DNA of 64,000 bases, from positions 40,114,001-40,178,000 of the forward strand of contig OZ024746.1 in the NCBI GenBank assembly GCA_964016885.1, read 5' to 3'. This document shows positions 11,703-26,700 of the stretch, piece by piece. The stretch comes from Eledone cirrhosa. Its lineage: Eukaryota. A program made the translations under genes and the position numbers. The notes beneath the pieces are model-generated. The model made no database searches. It saw only the letters and a list, made by a program, of their open reading frames with translations, and was not told where the DNA came from. The number at the start of each line of letters is the position of its first letter. Position 1 is the stretch's first letter.

Positions 11703-14700
11703 CTGCAAAAAAAGAAAGTTTAATTAAAGGTAAGTTACAAAATTATTAACATGTATTTCAATGTATTACTAAGATATTAAACCACGAGACAACTTTGTTG
11801 CATCTATTCTCATATATAAACATGGTGACACAATTCTACCTTATGCATTATTTATAAACATTTTTACCCAATCCTTTCATACCAAAACTACATTTCTCCT
11901 ATCAGCCACTCACCTACAGTCATTCAAATTAAGCATTAGCTGTTTAATCTATCCACCAATCTACAAGGACCTAAAAACATTTCTTTTAAGATATAAGCAC
12001 TATACTTTTCCTCAGAATAACTTTTAAAATGTCTATTAATATATACAAAGTTTTCTCAAAGATCACGTTAAAGCACCAGTGTATTAGAATTCATAGTATA
12101 ATGAGAAAAACTCAATGCAAGAATAGTTGTTAAAACAGAAAAATGCCGTTAATGACGGCGCCGGGTGAAATTTACCTCATAGGACAGAAATCAGCGACTA
12201 GAAGTTTGTTGGCTCCCAGAAGTGATAGGAAAAAAGGAGCAAAGGAAGAAAATGAATGAGATCACACAAACATCATTTCACCTTATCGGCTCACAGACCA
12301 GCTGTAGTTTCGCATGATTTAATTGAAAGGATCTATTAATAGATTATTTCACCATCAAGACCCTCTGGTATCTCTGGTCCCTGAAATGCAGTTTTCCACT
12401 GCAAAATTGGGAAGAATGCATCCTGCCAGAGAAAGGAGCCTGGTGAAGTAGAGTGGCTGAAGTAGCAGGTGACGATGGCTGTTCTTTGCAACAATGCTTG
12501 TGCCATTTTGTCCAAGATATACTGCCTTGACTGGGATGTAGTGTCTGTCGCTCCCACCTAACCTTGCCTTTAAGCGTGGAAGATGGACGTTAAATGATGA
12601 TGATGATGATGATAATGATTTATAAGTTATTTTATAGCATCACTGTGCATGAACACATCATTCTTTATATTAACTTCAAACAAATGTCTTTAACATACAT
12701 GAAAAGAGAAAAGAGAAACATTAAATCATACTCACATTTTCCCCACTGGTCACGATCCCTTTGCTTCCAGTTATCACGCTTTTCTCTATCATTCCAGTTT
12801 CCAGAACGATCATTCCTACCACCCCATTTGGAATCTCCACGTTTATTCCATTGGTTATTGTCACGTTTATTCCAACGTCCAGCTTGTTGATTGGAGTCAT
12901 AACCTAATTTAAATATAAAAAATTATAAATAACACAGAAATAAATTTTTGAAACATGTGAACAACTATATATAGGACTGTACTACAATATATAAATAAAT
13001 GGTGACATTAATATCCACAGAGTAAATGTTATGATGCTATTGTAACAACTTATTTCATGTCTGACAAAGTTCGTTCCATATATTCATGATTACACAACTA
13101 CAAAAACTTAATGGAAGGTACAAAAATGTACATCATGTAGTAAAATATGAAATTATAATCTACCTTTGTAACAACAATTCCTGTGTATAATAATGGTTAC
13201 TGATTTAGACACAAATTTTTTTTTGGGGGGGGGGGGGGGGGAATTAAATTGACCTCAGTACATTACTGGTACTTTATTTTATCGACCCCATAAGGATGAA
13301 AAGGAAAGCTAACCTTGGCGGGATTTGAACTCAGAACATAAAGGGATGTAACCATATGCCGCAAAGCATGGTGTCCGATGCTCTACTGAATGAGGTTGAC
13401 AGTTGCTTATACCAATACATAAGGATATTTACCCCTCTAATTGAATAAGTTAGTTGATCATTGATGGTCAATATTTAAACAGATGATCTGACTTATCAAT
13501 TGCAAGAGTAGGGTAGAAATATGTGAATTAAACAAAATGGCTTAAAAGGATGAAGTCTACTATATGTGATTATACCATTAGATCAATACTGTAATATAAC
13601 ACAGTTAATCCAAGTAGATGTCAATAATCCTTAGTAAACAGCAACATCCATTTGAATTATTATCAACAGAAAATTGTGGTACTAATTTAACAGTATAATT
13701 GGTGATATAGTATGGACCTGTAACTCCTGGTGGAGCTGTAGGGGCGCCGTATTGACATACAGCATTTCTTGGGCATTTTAAACCTTGTGGAGCCCATCCC
13801 TTATCAGGCCTTCAGTATAATTATTAAAATATAAATACATACAACAGTGGAAACATTTGCAAGTGGTTAATGGAATGGACCTCTGTCAATTTTAACAATG
13901 AATGTTCCAGTTGCTCTATCAATGGAACAGCCTACTTGTGAAATTAACAAACGAGTTGCTGAACTTTTCAGACACATGCACACTTTTAATATAATTCTCA
14001 GGGAAATTCAGCGTAACAGTGTGACAAGGCTTGACCTTTGAAATAGGGATACAATCCATCTGACATGCTTCTCAAGTCTCCATCTGACCAATTTCACTCA
14101 TAAGTCTAGGGTCAACCAGAGGCTCTGGTAAATGAGACATGCCCAAGATACCACACAGTTAGATTGAACCCAAGTTCTCATGGTTGCAAAGGGAATTTTT
14201 TAACCATTCAATCCTTCTACATCCACAAGCAAGTAACAGAGATTGAATATTACTTTAATATTATTTTTTTAGTTACACTTTATTGGCCATAAAAGAAACT
14301 AGCACTAAAAATACTCACCAGACTTATAGTAGTTAAGACCAGGCTTATTTTCCAGAATACGCTCGTTGTTTTCCACTAGGTTAGCAACCTTCTCCGATAA
14401 TTGCAGAGCTAAAGATTGCAGACGGCTTGGTTCTGTACGGTGCATAACCACAGTTTGAGTTGGTTCATCCAAAGATGCCTAAGGAATTAAAACAATTTTT
14501 CTTTTTAGACACTTATTTTTCAAAGAGTAGATTTTTACTACTGAACAGCCATGATATGAATTATAACTATAAAATAGTTGAATAAATTGGGGATAAAACT
14601 CCCTTGAGGTGAAAAGAAATAGATAAAGACCTATGGGAATCAAACTCACATCTGCTTATATGTTGGGAAGCTCAGTTACCATTACACTAAAGCAACTGGC

Positions 14701-17700
14701 CACCAATTTCCACTTATTTTAAAGTTCTTATCTTACCAACTAGATTATTAACAATATACATAGAAGGGTTATGATTCTGCCTATGATTCTCAATTAATTT
14801 TGAAAGAGAGAGGAGGCAGGGAGAGGAAGGGAGAATCTACTAGGGTATTGGACTAGTACTTTATTGACCTCGAAAGGATGAAAGGTAAAGTTGACCAAGC
14901 CAGATCTGAACTCAGAACAGAGCCAAATCAAATATTGCAGACATTCCAGTGACTCTGCCAATTCAATGAACTTTAGAATATCATCTCATTGCTAAGTTTC
15001 TTTTCATTCAATTGTCAAATAGATGTACCACCATTAATTTATACTGTTATTCTGAAGTAAAACAGTAAATAATTACAATACAAAAATTCTTGAAACATAC
15101 CCAAATTAATTTACTTAAATATAAATACAATGTGTATCTGGTCTAAAATAGGTACACAGTATCTCTATGTATCATAAGAAGTAACTAAAATGGTTGAAAT
15201 GAAATTTATAGATTACACCTATGCTGATTTAGCTGGCCTTCTACGAGTTTGTATCTCATAGAAGGTTTCTAGAGTGCTTTAACAATAGGAGTCCCAAGAA
15301 AAGCAACATGAAATGAAATGTCTTGCTCAAGAACACAAGGCACCACCCAGTCAAGGAATCAAACCCATAACATTATGATTCCAAGTCCAACATTCTAAAC
15401 ACTAGGCCTTATACCTTCACTGACTAAGAGAATTGACAATAGGAAGGACATCCAGCCATTGACTCTATGATTAAGCCTATCATCAGGCCACAAGTCTAGC
15501 CTGTTCTTTAACAGAGGGAAAGGCCTTAAAATGCTTGTTGTTGTGGTTGTTGTTCAATCAAATGCATAAAAATAGAAATATCTAGCAGAATCTATTGATA
15601 ACAAAATTATTTACCATAAGCTCCTCATTAAGAATCATCTTACTGATGATAGAGTGGACAACAGGGGGTGTCAGTTGAAACATTTCACTGAGAGCAAGCA
15701 TACTAAGGGTGTCATATACACTGCTGTAGGTGAACAAATAAGTACGAAGACTCTCTTCTTGAATCTTTTGAGTAATAAGCTGACGAACTTTATCTGCTTG
15801 CAAGAACAAATCCCAAACCTTCAAAAGAATTAAAAAGAATTCAATTTTAAAATGCTGAAAAAATGTTTAAAAGAAAAAAAAAGAAAAACACACACACAAA
15901 TACATTATTTAGCCTCTCTTGTATTTCATCACATGTTGCAAACAGCAATGTACAGATATATTTCTAATAGTGGCACAAGACCAACAATTTAGGGAAAGGG
16001 GAAAGTTGATTATATGAACCTCAGTATTTAACTGGTACTATATTTTATTGACCCTGGAAGGATGAAAGGCAAAGTTGACCTCAGCAGGACTTGAACTCAG
16101 AAAGTAAAGGGCCAAAGCAAAATATTGCTAAGCATTTGTCTGACCCTAACAGTTCTGCCAATCTACCGTCCTGGAAAAACAAATTATCTATAATACAGTA
16201 ATCAATATTTTAAAAGCTACATGTTAAAATATAACAATACATGTGGAACCTACATTTTGTTCTATACAATCATTTGCTATGGCTATAACCCAGAAACTGA
16301 AACCAGTATCAAATATCTTTTTCAAAATAAAATACTTAAATAGTTTCAAGATATACTATACATTAATGGTCTTCTTAAATTTGAGGTTGAGTGAACTATT
16401 AGTTGAAAAAAGCCTCGTCCAACTCAAGCTAGCATGGAAAGGCAGACATAAAAAGTATGATTAATAGACTGTAAATAAAATGAAGTGTTATTTCTAACTT
16501 TATTTTTCAAGGCTAAATATTGGTCTAAATTAATTTGGATATCAGATGTTATGAGTGCCAATGAATTACCTCCCTTCATATTAAGTTTTCTTCACAGATG
16601 AATAGTAATGAAAGGTATATATTACTGTTAATTAAAAATCATAATTAAGCAGCCATGTAGGTACATGCATCAAACAAAATAGTAACTAATACATCTCAAA
16701 AGTTAATCCTTTTTCTACTTTTTTTCATTATTTCTAATAAAAAAAAAAACACTGCCTATAATTTTCAAATAATTGTTTCTACTTTTCGGCACAATGCCAG
16801 CAATGACCCAGTGCATTACTGGTACTTTATTTTATGATTCTGCAGGGATTTGGATTGACTCCCCTCACATAATTGCTGGCCTTGTGCCTAAATTTGAAAC
16901 TTTTATGGTGTTTGGATCACAAGATACTAAATAAATATAAAGCACTTTAAATTGAGTTGTTTTATACCATTGAACCAAGTGGCACACCTGTTACAAGCAG
17001 TTTGGTGTCACAAGAGATAATAAAAATGTTTACCTTTCCATTCATCTTTTCATTAATAACAAAATTCTTGCAGGCCTCCCAATCTCCAACTTTCATTGCC
17101 TTTGAAGCAGCCACAATGTGTTCCCTCATGCTCTCTGGTGGGCCAGTCAATGTCTGCCTTTCACTGTTTCGCAGTAAATTGTGATAATTACGGCTAATCA
17201 TACGTCTTCTAGCATCAAACTCATGAGCTGTGGAGAAAAAAATGAGAAACAATTAATAAAACAAGAAAAAGAAAATTCTTTTTAAAGTGAAATTCATAAA
17301 AATCTTTTCTTTAATGAATAAGCTACATATAGACATCCCAGCTGATGTATTTAATTTCAAAAGATGCAACCCACCCTCTTCTAGGTTCTAATCCAACACT
17401 TTCTCTCCCACGGTGGTATGAATCCTCCCTCCCATCAATGCCTCCACAGTGCCAGTGCCATGATTAAATATCATGGAAAAATACACCCAGCCCATTCTGT
17501 AAATTGGTAATGCTAGTGCCATGATAAAAGCACCCAGTTCACACAAGAAGGCAGTAGTATAGGTACCATGAAAAAAAGCAACCAGTCCACCCAGTAAGAT
17601 GGTAGTGATGGAGGCATGATAAAATGCTTTCAGTCCACGTTGTTAAGTGGCTGGTATTAGGTATATCCAGCCATAGAAATCAATATTTGTTCTGGCTCAC

Positions 17701-20700
17701 TGCACTGCTGATCTTCATTTTGCCTTTCATCCTTTCAAGATCAATAAATAATGTACCAGTCTAGGGCCAGTGGATTGGCAGAATTGTTTAGGAATCAGAC
17801 AGGATGCTTTGTGGTATCTGATCCAACCATATGTGTTCTGAGTCCAACTCCTGTCTTCCTCTGCAAGGGAATAACAAGGAAGACAGTATCAGCAATAGAA
17901 AGACCAATGGAAATGTTTCCTTGGTCTGATCTGACAATCAGTTCCTTTCCTTTTGGTAAATAAATGTCAAAATAGCCAAAATAAAATGATTTGGAAAAGT
18001 AATGAAAATCAGCAAAGGATTATATGATCAATAAAGGAAAATTATTTTTCTAACAAATCCAAAAAAATGAAGCTCAGATTTACAGAAGGTTTCTTGGAGT
18101 TAACTATAAAAATTTATTAAAATGATTACAAACCTGCCATGTAGGGTATTTCAATAAGCATAGCTGAAACCAAATATACACATTCCAAGAGCTCTAAATT
18201 AATATGCATATGGTAAGGCATCTGTCTACGCTTCTCTATCAATTCTTGCTCAGGAGTCCTTTCGTGTTGTCTTTGTAAAAGTAAACCCTGAAAAAAATAA
18301 TCCATCCAAGTTTTAATTCTTTAAATATTTTTTTTTTAAATGTGTAGAAAACAGAAAAATCAAAATACAGGTTAGTTTCTCAAAGACAATGAAAACTGTT
18401 TTGGAGACATCATCATTACCAACACTGTTTAACTTCTATTTTCCATGCTTACATGGTTAGACGGATTGTCACATTCTAAAGCTAGCCATATGATACCCCT
18501 GGGTATCATATGCATTAAGTGACTGAAAGTACAAGACTCCCACACCCTGGACAGGACGCCTATCCATCACAGGGCTAAGCTCCCAGCTATTGCTATTGGT
18601 ACTCATTTCCAGCTGAATATACTAGAGCAACATGAAATGAAGTGTTTTGCTTGAGAATACAACACACAACCCAGCCCAGGAATCGAACCCACGACATTAT
18701 GATCGTAAGTCCAACACTCTTACCACTAGGCCACGCGCCTCCACCTGGGTATCATAAGAGGTGACTATAGGGTTGATGGCGTCAAAAAAAAAAAAAAAAA
18801 AATAGAAAGAAAGATGTAAAACAATGTTGATGGGTGATAAATCATTTTTAACTTTGGAATCAATATGGCAATTAAGTTATTGTGGGGAAGTGTAGTTAAT
18901 TAATTAAAAAACTGGTTGTTATGTTATCAACTTCAAACCCTGGAACAACACTAAATGAAAATAAATATTTTACAATCTAGACCAGGCATCCCCAAACGTT
19001 TTAGATCACCAACCCTTTCATGGAATCCTTCACCCTTCATTCACCCTAGGTATGTAGAAAAGTAAGAAAATAAATAAATCAGCAAACTAACTATAAAATA
19101 AATAGAGGGACTAATTACATATAAATCAGAAACTCATTGACTACTTTGGGGGCTTCTGATCAAGATAAAAAGATGGGGTTGAAAAAATTATCATTTCAAG
19201 AGTACAGCTTAGATAACAATGCACAAGAGTCAAAAACTAAAGACACTAACCTGAGCCAGTAATTCTTTAGCACGTCCAATGGAAAGGATATCAACTAGTG
19301 CATTATGGGCATCCTTTATCAAACCTTGCCGGAAAGCACACAGTCCTAGTTGCACCATTGTACGATTGTACTGAATCTAAAATTAAAATGTTTCAATTAG
19401 TACAAAAATATCTGCAAACATAGAATACAAGAAACTGACTTTTTTTTTAAATTCATCTACAAATTCCAGCTTTCTCAATTTTATAAAAATATCACAAAAA
19501 TCTTCCTACATTTTATTCCAACACATTAATATTGATATACTATTTGGTAATTTCCCTAATATTTAAGCCATGTACAGCGATGCTATCAGTCAGGTGCGAG
19601 TTAGCAACAAGTTCAGTGAAGAATTTAACATGCAGGTAAGTGTCCATCAGAACCATTTATTACAGTTCTCCAGGACATAACAGAGGGGTTTTAATACTGG
19701 CTGTCTGTAGAAACCTCTGAATGCTGATGAACTAGTTATGGCTAAATCTGTAGAAGGACTAGAAGAAATTGAAGATATAGAAGCAAGATGTCAAGTAAAC
19801 CTAAGAAGACATAAGTTTTAGCTAGAAAGATGACAGGATTCTACTACCATAAGTGAAGTGGCCACACTTAATTGCTGAATAAGTCAGCAGAAATTCCATA
19901 CAGTGTATCTCAAGTAAGCTATGAGTGCACAGGAAGTATGGAGCAGATGTCCAAGAATAGTAGGAGTAATCATGAAATATTTTATTTCAAATGTTTTTTT
20001 ATGACAACCTAGAAGTATTTAGTAGCTTCTGTTATCTAAGTAAAGGAGTCTTCCAAAAGCATAGTTACCAGAGTAAGAATGAAATGGGAAAAGTTCAAGA
20101 AGCTATTTCAGCTAGCAACAAATAGATTCTCTTGAATATGACGTGATATGTTGTATGGTAATGCAACATGGGTATTAAATACAGAGTTCAGTTCACAAAT
20201 ATTAGTATATGCAATGGGGTAGAGATTCGAAAGAGTATGAACAAAGGGTTCATGTATCAAATGCTCATTTGTAATTTAGGCACAAGGCCACTTTATTTTA
20301 TGAACCCCAGAAAGATGAAAGATAAGGTTGACCTCAGTGAGATTTGAACTCAGAATGTAAAGAGCCAAATATTAATAACACTTACCTGGGTTGGAATATC
20401 TGAATGCTGGATAGTGTCTTGCAAATGAGACATCATCATCAGATCACGGGCCTCATACCATCTGTCATGGATAGCATGGAAATATATATGGTACAAAATA
20501 GCTCTGGTTCGCAGACGGTCAGTGGAATCCTTCACATAGATGTACTTACATAATCTATCCATTGGTTGAGCACTATCTTTGTAAGTATCAGTCTGTTAGG
20601 AAAAAATAACATTGTACATAACTGTAATAATTCACTCCATTCTAATGAGAAATAATAATTATTTTAACATACGTCTATTTATAAGATGGCAGGATTAGCA

Positions 20701-23700
20701 ATTTATACAATGACAGAACCCTACTTATAGAGATTGTTTGGAAAAGTAGCCAAATAGCATTTCAATAAAGATATTTTTTAAAACAGATAAAAATCCATTT
20801 CTTTTTTTCTTATTATCTCTCTTTAGTTCATTAACCTTTTCACTTAATACCACCTGTCATTGTGGACTATTAAAGGGTCTGAGACTGCCCACATTTACCT
20901 ATTCATATTTCTATCAAAATACTGTGATAGTATTAGCTGTGTGTCCCTGTATCAAATTTATTATATAATTATCACTAGCACAATGAATTTATCATCACCA
21001 CTGTATGATATCTATTTTCCATGCTTGCGTGGGTTAAAAGGGTTGTCGTGCTGAGGTCAGACCAGTCAGGTGACCATATCTTGCTTGTATACTCTGTTCT
21101 GGTTTGGTTTCTATAGCTGGATGCCCTTCCTAACACCAACCATTTTACAGCATGTACTGGGAACATGGTTTCTACAGTTGGATGCCATTCGTAATACCAA
21201 TGGCCTTACAGTATCTATTGGGAGCATTTTATCATGACTCCAGTCCTATTACCTTGCAGAGTGCTTTCTGTTATGGCACCAATGCTACCTCTTTTCAAGG
21301 TGGACTGAGTGCATTCCATTGTGGTACCAGCAGCACCACCATACAAGGTTGATAGGGTGCTTTTCATTGTGGCACCACCACTACCACATTACAGAGTAGC
21401 CTGGGAATATATATGCTAATAAATTAAATTTGTGTTTACAAGAAAAAAATTATCTTACCTTGTAATACATGTGCTCAATTCGACGAAGATAACACCGACA
21501 AAGTTCTTTGGTAGGAACCTCATTTTTCTCCAAATAGGATTGGAGTTTCTCAATAATTCCACAAACAGTCTTTTCATCCTTCAACCTAAAATTTCCATGA
21601 AAAATTGTCTTAAAATTCAATCTTACATTATACAAGAACAAATAAGCTTTACAGTGTAAGTTTCATGACGTTTTAGAAATAATGAAAGAGTTTACACCCA
21701 ATTTCATTAACTGTTCTACGATACAAGGCCAGCAATTTCAAGGATCGGGGAATGTCAGTATTGACCCCAGAAGGATAAAAGGCAAAGTTGACCGTGGCAG
21801 GATTTGAACTCAGAATATAGAAAGTCATCTAGTGCACTACCAATACTGCCAATCCACTGTCCTTAAACAAAACACCAAGTTAATGAAAAAGTTAGTTATA
21901 TAACTAAATCCCTTCAAATTCTTGAATATTTTCAAAATTACTTGAAAAGCATAGGCAGTGTCTTTCATGAGAAATGTGGAACCAAAAAGGTTAATGGTGT
22001 CCTTTCAATTAAAGAATGAAGAGGGTTGCTTTCAAAGTTCAAATATTAAATGAGTATATGTGAGGAAATGTTTGTAACTACTATATGTTGCTGCAACAAT
22101 TCAGATAAATATATTCTAGATCAGTTTATAATCTGAACTAAAACTTACAAAATTATATAGATTTTAATCTCTCTAGTGAAGGCCGCAATAAAAGGCACTC
22201 AGTAGTATGCGGGATCGTATGTAAACGAGTTTCAGGTCACCAGTTCATCTGAGCATTCAATAGGCTACAGGAACATATGTAAGCAAGTTGCTGGCTCCTG
22301 GCCCACCTCAAAAGACAATGAATTAGCAGCCACTAAAGTATTTGTTTGTCTCTCTCTCTTCTGAGATCAAATCCTGCAGAAGTCAACTTTGTCTTTCATC
22401 CTTATGGAGTTGATAAAATTAAGTACCACTCAAAATTATTGTGTATTGATAGAATTGTTAGAGGATCAGACAGTATAGCTTGTGGTATCTCTTTTGGCCC
22501 TTTACATTTGAGTTCAAATCTTATTGCAGTATCTCTTTTGGCCCTTTACATTTGAGTTCAAATCTTATTGCAGCTTATTTGTATGTTAGATTTAATGTGC
22601 CACTCAGTTTAATACAAGCTGAGCCATGGTTACCATTAACAGAGTTCACTATTGAAAGCATTTGGGTCAACTCCTGTTTCAAATTCCTCACTCTCACCAG
22701 TCTCAGAGGCCCTGAAAAAACTCACGAAGACTGCCCTTCCTCCCATTCTCAGAGGCCCAGAAAAAGGTCATGAATATTTCCCCCCACACCATCCCCTAAC
22801 TAAACATTTAGAAATATAATTTTTTTAGTTTCAGTAGCAATAATAATCGTAGTAAATATTAATAGCCAAATTATCTAATTGTTCATTTGTTATTGTTGTT
22901 GTTACAGCTTACACATATGTAAGTTTAACTGGCATTCTACAATGGTAGCATCTCGCAGGTTTCTTGGGTAATTTAATGAAAAGCAATGTGAAATGAAGCA
23001 TCTTGCTCAAGAAAAATACACTGCCTGTCTAGGAATCGAACCCATTACCTTATAATTGTGAGTCTAATACCCTAACCACAGGGCTATACACCTTCACCAG
23101 TTGTTCCCTTAATCATTGGTGTTTCAACCTAATTCTCAACATCTATTCTAAGTTATTATAGTTAAGTTAACATAATAAAGAGAACAAGGCAAATCTATAA
23201 AGCTCACCTTTCAATGTAATCTGTACTATGAGGATCACAGCCTTGCAGCATCTTTCTAAATTCTTCATCCATCCTCTCTACAGTTGTCAGTATACAGCCA
23301 CGAACACGGTAGGGTGTAGCCTGAAAAAGAAAGGAGCATAATATGGTTTTTTTTCCTACTGAATAATTTACATATAAATTTACCCATGTACATAGCTTTA
23401 CTTTGATGACTTGTTTATATTTCAACAAAACTTCTACTCTAACTCCTTAAAAATATCCCACAAATCCTTGAACATTGTTCATGCAATATGTTTTGTATTT
23501 TCATATTAAAAATTCACTCATCCTTAAAATCTTTTTCAACAATAAAACTCATCATCATTGTTTCTATGTTGACTTTCCCATGCTGGCATCGGTTGGACAG
23601 GAACTTTTGTGGCTGTTTTACAGGTGGATACCCTTCCACCCTAACACCAACTCTTTTAGTCACTTTTACAACATGCAGGAATACAGTGCACCTATTCTAA

Positions 23701-26700
23701 TCCACACTCAAAACTACAAAATTCTAAATCCATTCTTTGCAGTATCCCAATTAATATTGGTTTGTGGTGCAGCAGTTAGTTGTTTTTTTTTGTTGTAGCT
23801 AAAATAAATAATAATACTACTAACCTCCACATTTTCACTGTCTTCTGGGATATTCTCGCTTACCAATATATCAGTGTTTTTAATAAGATGGTCTAGTTGT
23901 TTAGTTACATATGACAAACAGCTAAAATATAAAATAAAATCATTCAATTGTAATAAAAACATCAAAGTGCAACAGAAAAAATAATTGATTCAAGGGAATA
24001 TAAAATTTAAAGTTAACAATAGATAATGCACAAGATTTTAACCTTTTCAAGAACATATTTTTACACATCATTTCAAGTGCAGGCTATAATATGCTATTTA
24101 GAATTTCTGCTAATAATGTAACAGAAATATCAATACAAGCATTTTAAGAGAATGTTCCCTGCTAAAGCAAGGATTAGCTTCGTGAGCCCAACCCTTTTAT
24201 TCACTTCTTACAACATGCAGGGATATGTTGTACCTATTCCAAACCGGATACACAATCACTAATATCAGAAATATAAGTACAATATATAAATATAATATAA
24301 TATATTTAAATTAGAATATGATATATAAATTATAAAGTTTGTATCCGTGTTCTGATTTTTATCAATTATATGTTGAGTGTTGTTAAAACTACAAAACATC
24401 TTTAATATAACTGAGAGCTACATAAGAATTTTTAACTGAAATATATTACACTATAAAAAAGAAAATTTCATAATAACTGCATGGTTAAGAAGTTTGCTTC
24501 ACAACCACTTAAAATCAGGTTTAGTCCAACTGCATGGCACTTTGGACAAGTGCCTTCTACTACAGACTCAGGTTGACTAATGCCTTGTTAGTGAAATTTG
24601 GTAGACATAAACTGTGCAGAAGCCAGTATGTGCATGTGCCTTTATCTATGTACTGTAACTTAGTGGTTCGACAGAGATCAATAAGTTAAGTAACATACAT
24701 AAGAAACAGAACTGGAGATGGATATGGTTTTCTCATCATGTTTCAGTTTCAGTGGCCTTATTTACACCAGTCACCAATCTGGTACTTTGTCAAACCCACG
24801 AAGACTAGGCTTATTTAGAGGTGGCCTTTACTTGTCTCGTCATAGCTACGTCACTGGGTTGTGAGAGTTTTCTTGGGAGCTACAGATGCCACCCATTGCT
24901 CCATCTATCCTAGTAATTTATCGCTTTTGGTCTGGGGTTGCTTATTTGTCTAGCAGTTGCCTGCTTATATTGCAACTAGCCATCATATCTGGAGGCCGTA
25001 TTGATATCTGCCACCTGCGACCTGGTCTCTAGCAGAACAGCTCTGCCAAGAATTGATATGATCAACTAAATCTCTTCGAGGTGATGCCCTATTATAGCCA
25101 CAGTCTAATAACTAAAACTAATAAAAGAAGGTTTTTAAAAAAATAAAGATAAGAAAAAATGCTTACTTTTGCCACATATCTGGCTTCATGTTGGTAGCTA
25201 TATTGGGATTGTAGTCATATATAGCAGAAATAATTGCAAATATAATCTTAGATGCCATGGCTGGGCCAAGGTTTTTCGTTTCAGATACAGCAAGCAATTC
25301 TTCAAGAATACCTATCATTTCACTGCGATCTGTGGCCTTCTTTCCACGAGCAGAAATGATTTCAGTTAACTTCTTCATAACGGCCTCATGATTGATCACA
25401 GTGTCTTTACTGAACATCTTGGGTTTTTCCTGCAGTTAAAATAAATGACACAAAGCATGTTAAACAAATTCAATAAATAATGGAATTGTCAACAAACTAT
25501 ATTGGTCAAATTTTGAGCATTGTTATAAGACTAAAAATTCTATTTAAAAAATAGGACAATAGATTTAATTACTGAAGTAAATTTACCATCAAGTATACAT
25601 ATAAAATATCATTATGCATTTGATTGTTTACAGGAGTAAAGGTGAATGACATGAGAACATTTCAGTCATATCACTTCAAAAAGTATAACAATTTGAGTAG
25701 CCAGTTCACCATAAACAAACAGAACAGGGTCCTCAAACTCAAGGACTCAAAAGGGCCATAATGTTCTCAGGTAGAGACACAAAGAGGGGGGGGGGGTTCC
25801 ACCAGTTATAATGCTAATCTAGAAATCAGCAGATAGGCTGCTATTTATTTGTTTTTTCATCAATATGAATACACATATGATTGTGAGATATGCAAGTTAA
25901 TACAAAATGTAGGACAAATTTTCTGTTTCAAATTTCCCTTAAAACCACATATACATATACAAGGGACAAATTACAAAATTTTAGGGAAATAGTAGTTATT
26001 TTCTGCTGAAGACCAAAGAAAAGTAGTTTGTAGGCTGCAGATTGCATATTTGAGACCCCAGTAATAGAGCAGTCAAATAAGAACGGTACTTACCATAACC
26101 ATTGGAATGCCACCTTTCACTTTTTCCCATTCACCTTCATCTTCATTCTCAGCTTTTTTGGATGTTTTGTATTTCTTCTTTTTCTTCTTTTCTTCTTTTT
26201 TGCCCTCAGCAGTTGGTCTATGAAAAATACAAAAACATATGTATAACTATTTCATAAATGGAAACAAAAACAAAAATAACAAAATCATTAACCCTAACTA
26301 CAGGTTTCTTTCCATAAATTTCTATCCCTTTTTTAATGTTTCTATGAAACAAAACACCCATTTTAAAGGGTTCTTATATGAATTAAAATCTTTCAAGTTA
26401 ATTTGACATATGAACTGTTTATGTTACAAATACCATTTTAATAATGAATTAACTAATAATTTTAGTAAATACCTCTAAATTCTTTATTAATTAATTTATG
26501 TACATTATATTTCATTAGAAATATACTAACAAATGGGTTAATATTAAATTTTAAATAAACTACCTATATAGAAAAACTTACTTTTTCAAGAACGAAGCAG
26601 CAATATGGTCATAATCATCGTCATCTGATGAAGATTCATCAGAGCTATAGTTAGACCAATCATCATCATCTTCTGAAGAAGAAGATTCCTAATAACAATA

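Noticed and set aside
19560-20260. GC-richer intronic stretch as a nested gene
   Set aside because: No sustained ORF; it looks like an ancient decayed repeat that cannot be classified by eye.
20593-21458. Missing eIF3c micro-exon for the linker after YYK
   Set aside because: No supported GT-AG exon was found; exons 14 and 15 join in frame, so the linker is probably just shorter.
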